NCBI GenBank assembly: GCA_035193785.1
Contig: CP136572.1
Span: 5,012,578-5,076,577 of the forward strand
From: Planktothrix sp. GU0601_MAG3
GTDB lineage: Bacteria; Cyanobacteriota; Cyanobacteriia; Cyanobacteriales; Microcoleaceae
DNA: 64,000 nt
Direction of reading: 5' to 3'
Shown: positions 57,579 to 64,000 of the stretch, piece by piece
Position numbering within the stretch: position 1 is the first letter of the stretch
Layout of the letters: each line of letters begins with the position of its first letter
The notes under the pieces: generated by a model
What the model was told of the DNA's origin: nothing
Database searches by the model: none
The model's input: the letters and a program-made list of their open reading frames with translations, nothing else
Program-made: the position numbers and the translations under genes

Positions 57579-58452
57579 ATGACTGTAGCCACAAACCCAA
57601 ATAAAACCGTAATTTCTGTTAATGGAGTCGATCATTATTGTGAATGGGTAACAACGGCCAACTCCGCGCCCGGCTCAAAACCTGTAATGGTTTTTATTCA
57701 TGGTTGGGGTGGTTTCGGGACGCTATTGGGAAAGCACCGCCCAGGCCCTATCCCCGGAATTCGATTGTTTAATTTACGATTTACGCGGGTTTGGACGGTC
57801 TAATGCACCAGAGGTCACGGAGAAACCCGCATCAGAACGTTATGAATTAATCGAATATGCCGAAGATTTAGTCACGTTATTAGACCAGTTAAATTTAGAC
57901 AAAGTTTATATCAATGCTCACTCCATGGGGGGTTCCATTGCCATGTTATTTTTAAATAAATATCCCCAGCGAGTCGAACGAGCGATTTTAACCTGTAGTG
58001 GCATCTTTGAATATGACGAAAAAACCTTTAATACCTTTCACAAATTTAGTCGTTATGTCGTCATGTTTCGCCCTAAATGGTTAACCTTAATTCCCGGAAT
58101 GGATAAAATGTTTATGGCTCGGTTTCTCCACCGTCCAATTCCTCGCCCCTTGAGTCAAGCCTTCCTAGAGGATTTTCTCTTAGCGGATTTTGATGCCGCC
58201 TATGGAACCGTATTAACCTCCGTTTCAAAAGCCGCCACCGAATGGCTCCCCGCAGAATTTGAAAAATTAACTGTTCCGACATTATTAGTCGCCGGAGAAT
58301 ACGACCAAATTATTCCCGCAGAAATGGGACGACAAGCCGCCACTTTAAACCCTAACGTTAAATTAGCAATTCTTAAAGATACCGCCCATTTTCCCATGCT
58401 TGAAGATCCCGATACCTACTTACAAAATGTCCGAGAATTTTTAGGGATTTGA
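57579..58452 (+). CDS. Alpha/beta fold hydrolase (frameshift near 57715)
   Basis: FIHGWGG, YDLRGFGRS, AHSMGG, GEYD, AHFPMLE. Confidence 0.9.
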
Positions 58453-58568
58453 TTCTCAGTACCGTCAAGTTTGCTAGTTTTAGGTTGGCGGTTGTTGCAA
58501 ACGGATTAGAATACATTAAAATGTAAACAAAACCTGTTTTTGGTTAGAAACTTCTTTGAGCCGGAACT

Positions 58569-59237
58569 ATGACATCCTATGCAACCTCCACAGCCAGAGC
58601 CGAAATGAGCGAACTCCGGCGATTAAAAGGCTTACTTCCTCCTGAGTTGCAGAGTTGGGTCACGGTGGAAAAAACCGTCGAAGTCAACCCGCCCCTCGTC
58701 CGTTGCGAAGAAATTGGCAAGGATCAAGTCGAAATTCAAATTGACTTGGTTCGTTGGGAACAGTTGGCAATGGATCAACGCAACCTCCTATTTTGGCATG
58801 AAGTCGCCCGCATTCAAAACGATACGATTCCTAGAGATGGTTGGGAAATGGCAGCCCTCGCCATTGGTTTAGGGGGAGCCGTCGGGGAACTTTGGGTACA
58901 AGACGGACTGCTGCTCTTATTAGCCTTGGCATTATGCGGCGTTTCCGGTTATCGTCTCTATCAAAAAAATAACGGAGAACGCACATTACAGGAATCCTTA
59001 GACGCCGATGAAAAGGCAATTTCTCTGGCCACCCGTTTCGGTTACACCCTACCCAACGCCTACAAAAGCCTCGGAAGTGCTTTAAAAACCCTAGTGGATC
59101 AAACCCCTAAAAAACGCCTAAAAGCCCGTTATGAAGCTCGCTTACAGGCTCTCAAACGCAGTGCAACTAAAGCCAAAGCTAGAGTTAAAGGGGGAAGTGA
59201 TACCGCCTCCTCGAATTCGGAAAATGTATTTAATTAA
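58569..59237 (+). CDS. DUF3318-like conserved cyanobacterial protein
   Basis: EMSELRRLKGLLPPELQSWV, LLFWHEVARIQ, central TM pair. Confidence 0.75.
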   Translation: MTSYATSTARAEMSELRRLKGLLPPELQSWVTVEKTVEVNPPLVRCEEIGKDQVEIQIDLVRWEQLAMDQRNLLFWHEVARIQNDTIPRDGWEMAALAIGLGGAVGELWVQDGLLLLLALALCGVSGYRLYQKNNGERTLQESLDADEKAISLATRFGYTLPNAYKSLGSALKTLVDQTPKKRLKARYEARLQALKRSATKAKARVKGGSDTASSNSENVFN

Positions 59238-59421
59238 TTAATTGAATTAATTGATAGTGATCATTCTTTCTAGGGTACGTTAAATGAACCTTGACGTACC
59301 CTGATATTTTGGTTTTAAAGTCATATAAAATAGCTAATAAAGATAATTACGCAGATTAACATCGATGAAAATCCGTGAAATCCGTGAAATCCTCTTAAAT
59401 CCGTGATCCCTATTTCCCATT

Positions 59422-60424
59422 ATGTCTATTATTATTGCTGAACAACTAGGTAAAGTTTATCCCGTCGCCATCAAAGAACCCGGATTTAAAGGAACCATTC
59501 GCCATTTTTTCCAACGCACCTATCAGAATATAGAAGCGGTAAAAGGAGTTTCTTTTAAAATTGAATCGGGGGAAGTGGTAGGGTTTTTAGGGGCTAATGG
59601 AGCCGGAAAAACCACAACTTTAAAAATGTTAACGGGGTTAATATATCCCTCTAGCGGATTTGTGGAAGTTGCCCATCATACTCCCTTTAAACGTCAATCT
59701 AAGTTTTTACAACAAATTACCCTGGTTATGGGGCAAAAACAACAGTTAATCTGGGATTTACCCGCCTTAGATTCTTTGAGAATTAATGCCGCCGTTTATG
59801 GAATTTCTGATAGTGAATATCGCCAACGGGTCGGGGAATTAAGCGAGATGTTATCCCTAGAAGGAAAGTTAAAACAACCCGTGCGAAAACTGTCTTTAGG
59901 GGAACGCATGAAGGTGGAATTAATGGCGGCTTTATTACATCGTCCCCAAGTCTTATTTTTAGATGAAACCCACCCTGGGATTAGATGTTAATGCCCAAGT
60001 CAGTGTTCGGGAGTTTTTAGCTGAATATAATCGTCGTTATCAAGCTACAATTTTGTTAACCAGTCACTACATGGCCGATATTACGGCATTGTGTAAACGG
60101 GTGATTTTAATTCATCAAGGACAATTGATTTATGATGGCAGTTTAGAGGGGTTATTAGAACAATTTGCTCCCTACCGAGAAGTTAAAATTGAATTAGAAT
60201 ATGCCGCTGCTGAAGTATTAGAAAGTTGTCGTCAGAAATTATTAACCTATGGGGAAATTGAGTCTATGGAGGGTCAAGTTGTGCGCTTATTAGTCAAGCG
60301 CGATACCTTAACTACAACGGTCGCTAAAATATTAGCGCAATTCAATATACTAGACTTAACCGTGAGTGACCCTCCGATTGAAAATGTAATTGGGCGAGTT
60401 TTTCGCGCTGGAGTTGTTGATTAA
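59422..60424 (+). CDS. ABC-2-type transporter ATP-binding protein (frameshift near 59968)
   Basis: GANGAGKTT Walker A, LSLGERMK signature, LFLDE(P)TLGLD Walker B, TSHYM. Confidence 0.92.
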
Positions 60425-60453
60425 AATAGACCCAATATTCCCTGTTATTTCTA

Positions 60454-61714
60454 TTAATTCATTATTTCTTTAAAAAATGCGATCGCATCTTTTAATGCTA
60501 CAATAAAAACATCAATTTCTTGTTTAGTATTGTAGAAATATAAACTCGCTCTGGCGGTGGAACTTAAGCCTAAATAACGATGTAAAGGTTGGGTGCAGTG
60601 GTGTCCCGAACGAATCGCTACCCCGGCATCATCTAACATAGTGGATAAATCATTAGCATGAATCCCATCAACGCTAAAAGAAGCTAAGGCGGCTCTCCCT
60701 TCTCCCTTGGCATTGGGTTGGGGGCCATAGAGTTTTAATTCAGGAATTTCTCGCAATCTTTCAAATAAATAGGCCGTTAATTGATGTTCATAATCAGCAA
60801 TTTTATCCATGCCAATTGACGTTAAATAATCAATAGCCACCCCCAAAGCAATCGCTTCTCCAATCGCCGGAGTTCCGGCTTCAAATTTATGGGGTAATTC
60901 CCCGACAGTGAAATGATCTAAAAACACCTCATCAATCATTTCTCCCCCCCCAAAAAAAGGCGGCATGGCTTCTAATACCTCTAATTTACCATATAAAAAG
61001 CCGATACCCGTAGGAGCGCACATTTTATGACCCGATGCCACTAACCAATCACAATCTATTTTCTGCGCATCTAAGGCCGTATGGGGCGCACTTTGGCAAG
61101 CATCAATTAATACTTTTGCCCCGTATTGATGGGCGATTTTAGTAATTTCTTCAATAGGATTAATACAGCCTAATGTATTGGAAACATGAACAATGGAAAC
61201 TAATTTAGTTTTGTCAGAAATCAAGGTTTTAAACTGTTCTAAATCAAATTCTTGAGTTTCAGTTAACTCGACAAATTTAATCACCGCCCCGGTTTTTTGG
61301 GCGACCATTTGCCAGGGAAACTAAATTACTATGATGTTCCATGACACTGAGAATAATTTCATCTCCGGGTTTTAAGGTATTTAAACCCCAAGAATAGGCA
61401 ACAATATTAATTGCTTCACTGGCATTGCGGGTATAGACAATTTCTTTGTAGGATTTAGCGTTAATAAATTGGGCAACTTTTAACCGGGCTGCTTCATAGG
61501 CATCCGTGGCTTTTGCACTTAAAGCATGAACCCCCCGATGCACATTAGAATTATAGTTTTGATAATAATCTTGAATGGCATTTAAGACCGCAAAAGGTTT
61601 CTGAGAAGTGGCGGCATTATCTAAATAAACTAAGGGATAACCGTTGATTTCTTGATGTAAAATCGGGAAATCTTGACGAACCATTTCACCGAGGGTTTTT
61701 TCTTGAGTTAACAT
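60454..61714 (-). CDS. sufS: Cysteine desulfurase SufS (frameshift near 61315)
   Basis: [36 protein letters not shown]. Confidence 0.95.
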
Positions 61715-61802
61715 TATTTTTAATATCCTTGTAATCCAATTAATAAATTTTTTTGTTGTTGGGCTTGGGGCCTAAAAAGAGTTGGCTAAAGCCCAACAAA
61801 GG

Positions 61803-63182
61803 TTAACTAAAGTCGGTGCGACAGGAAACGCAACGGGATAAAACTTGGGTTAATGTTGGTGATGGTAATTTACCTATAATTTCCGCCGCAAAAGCATCAA
61901 TTAAGAGGTGACGACTCATCTGTTCACTTAACCCCCGACTCCGCAAATAAAAGACTTCATCTGCTTCTAATTGACTGACGGTAGCACCGTGAGAACACTT
62001 AACATTATCCGCCACAATTTCTAACTGGGGTTTAGTGTCTATTCTTCCTTTAGAAGATAGCAATAAATTCCGACTCAGTTGATTAGCATTGGTGAACTGT
62101 GCTGTTTGGGGTACGAACACTTTACCATTAAAAATGCCATGAGCCCTGTCGTCAATAATACATTTATGCACTTGATTAAATGTACCATGTTGATGATTGA
62201 GCATCATGGAACTGTGGGTATCAGCTAACTGTTCACTGCCAATTAATGTTAATCCATTCAGAGTAGTTTCTGTTCCTTCACCCCGTTGATAAATCTCTAA
62301 ATTATGGCGAGAAAATTTAGCACCTAAACTAATTGCATGGCAAGTATATTGGCTATTTCGAGCTTGGAAAACTACATTTTTACCAATATGAAATGCTGAA
62401 CCTGCACCCCTTTGAAGCCTTGTATGGCTGACTTGGGCGTTTTCTTCTAGGTAGATTTCTGTAACCGTATTGGTAAAATAGGGTTGAACTTTTACCCGAT
62501 CTGAACATCCGAAAACTTCGGCGGTTGCATAATGTTCAATAAAGGTAGTTGAACTTCCAGCTTCTGCTACAATTAATGTTCTGGGTTGATTGACCACCGG
62601 CATATTATCCGGTAAGGCAATAAATAATAAATGAATTGGGTCTTGAATGATTTTATTTTTGTCAACCCAGAGGACGGCGGCATCATTTAACCCGGTGGAA
62701 TTGAGAGTAGCAAAAACGTCTTGATTTCCCTGTTGTTGACTGAGATAGTCAGGAAGACGACCCCTAAATTTTTCAGGAAGTTCGGCTAAATTCCCGATAA
62801 AAACACCCTCTGGAATTTCTTGAATATCAGATAGATGGGGCGCATAAATTCCATTGACAAATACAATTCGTCTATGGGCGGCTTCGGGTAATATTAAAGA
62901 AGCGATCGCTTGATGATCTAACTGAACAAAATTCGCCACCTCAAAACGATGTTCTAATAATGGAGATAAATCAGTAAACCGCCATTCTTCATCCCGTTTT
63001 GTCGGTATTTCTAATTCCTTAATCCAAGTTAAAGCATGATCTCGAATATTTTGCAATTGAATGGCAATTTCCGACCCGGGGGGATAGGGAAAAGACCGTT
63101 GAGAAAGTCCACCTTGAATTTGTTCTAACAGATGGTTTAAATAGGAGACTTCCCGTTTTTCTTTGACTGTAATATTATTCAT
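61803..63182 (-). CDS. sufD: Fe-S cluster assembly protein SufD
   Basis: EEWRFTDL, PQLEIVADNVKCSHGATV, FYLRSRG. Confidence 0.95.
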   Translation of the reverse strand: MNNITVKEKREVSYLNHLLEQIQGGLSQRSFPYPPGSEIAIQLQNIRDHALTWIKELEIPTKRDEEWRFTDLSPLLEHRFEVANFVQLDHQAIASLILPEAAHRRIVFVNGIYAPHLSDIQEIPEGVFIGNLAELPEKFRGRLPDYLSQQQGNQDVFATLNSTGLNDAAVLWVDKNKIIQDPIHLLFIALPDNMPVVNQPRTLIVAEAGSSTTFIEHYATAEVFGCSDRVKVQPYFTNTVTEIYLEENAQVSHTRLQRGAGSAFHIGKNVVFQARNSQYTCHAISLGAKFSRHNLEIYQRGEGTETTLNGLTLIGSEQLADTHSSMMLNHQHGTFNQVHKCIIDDRAHGIFNGKVFVPQTAQFTNANQLSRNLLLSSKGRIDTKPQLEIVADNVKCSHGATVSQLEADEVFYLRSRGLSEQMSRHLLIDAFAAEIIGKLPSPTLTQVLSRCVSCRTDFS

Positions 63183-63965
63183 TAAACCCCCACCATAGAT
63201 TTAGCGACAACATCATCATAACCCTGTTCTTCCAATTCTAAAGCTAGTTCTTTTGTGCCTGTTTTAATAATTCTTCCGTCCGACACAACATGAACATAAT
63301 CCGGTACAATATAATCTAGTAACCGTTGATAATGAGTAATCAATAATAGGGCGTTATTTTCATTCGCTAATTGATTAACTCCACTAGCAACAATGCGCAA
63401 CGCATCAATATCTAAACCGGAATCTGTTTCATCTAAAATAGCTAATTTGGGTTGTAATAACGCCATTTGTAAAATTTCATTGCGTTTTTTCTCCCCTCCA
63501 GAAAAGCCCTCATTCACACTGCGTTTCTAAAAATTCATCCCGCATTTTTACAATATCTAATTTTTCTCGGACTAATTCATCAAAATCAAAGGCATCTAAT
63601 TCTTCGAGTCCTTTGTATTTTTGATGGGCATTATAGGCTACTCTCAAAAAGTCTAAATTACTGACCCCAGGAATTTCAATCGGATATTGAAACGCCAAGA
63701 AAATTCCGGCTAAGGCGCGTTCTTCAGGTGCTAATTCTAATAAATCTTGACCTAAAAAACTAATTTTTCCTCCGGTGACTTCGTAGCTAGGATGTCCGCT
63801 TAAAACCTTAGAAAAGGTGCTTTTACCCGAACCATTCAAACCCATAATTGCATGGATTTCTCCGGCTTTGACTTCTAAATCAAAGCCCTTGAGGATTTGT
63901 TTATCGTCAATATTAGCCGTTAAATTTTTAACCGATAGAATCACTTCGCTGTTCTCTTTAATCAT
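63182..63965 (-). CDS. sufC: Fe-S cluster assembly ATPase SufC (frameshift near 63525)
   Basis: [40 protein letters not shown]. Confidence 0.95.
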
Positions 63966-64000
63966 GGTTGTTGGTTGTTTGTTATTGGTTGTTGGCGGGC

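Overview
Chromosomal window from a filamentous cyanobacterium, most likely Oscillatoriales and Planktothrix-like (inference from abundant HIP1 GCGATCGC, STRR-type heptamer repeats and gene content). Housekeeping genes include the hisS 5' end, pedR, mfd, ilvB, glnB, ycf37-rplT-rpmI, queF, speD, upp, mmsA and sufCDS. About 30 single-base frameshifts, mostly +1 in short homopolymers and also hitting essential genes, look like sequencing or assembly errors, so split ORFs were rejoined. Main accessory loci: (1) a carbamoyltransferase-SxtJ-DUF5989(SxtK)-3xSGNH operon whose unannotated 54-aa membrane peptide ends in a DltX-like FIYxxF motif, suggesting an MBOAT-free carbamoyl relay to an envelope polymer; (2) a three-gene TPR-CHAT (caspase-like) protease / small protein / two-TM effector operon resembling CATRA-type conflict systems, with a 120-bp diversified repeat array; (3) a short OvoA-type sulfoxide synthase paired with EgtD; (4) a decayed IS200/IS605 element whose TnpB has RuvC-III D->N, plus a separate orphan IS605 right end; (5) nested miniature mobile elements, one with a clean 5-bp TSD; (6) a HigBA pair, a His-tailed ferrochelatase paralog and a CHASE hybrid kinase-diguanylate cyclase pair. 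No rRNA, tRNA or CRISPR array was recognised.
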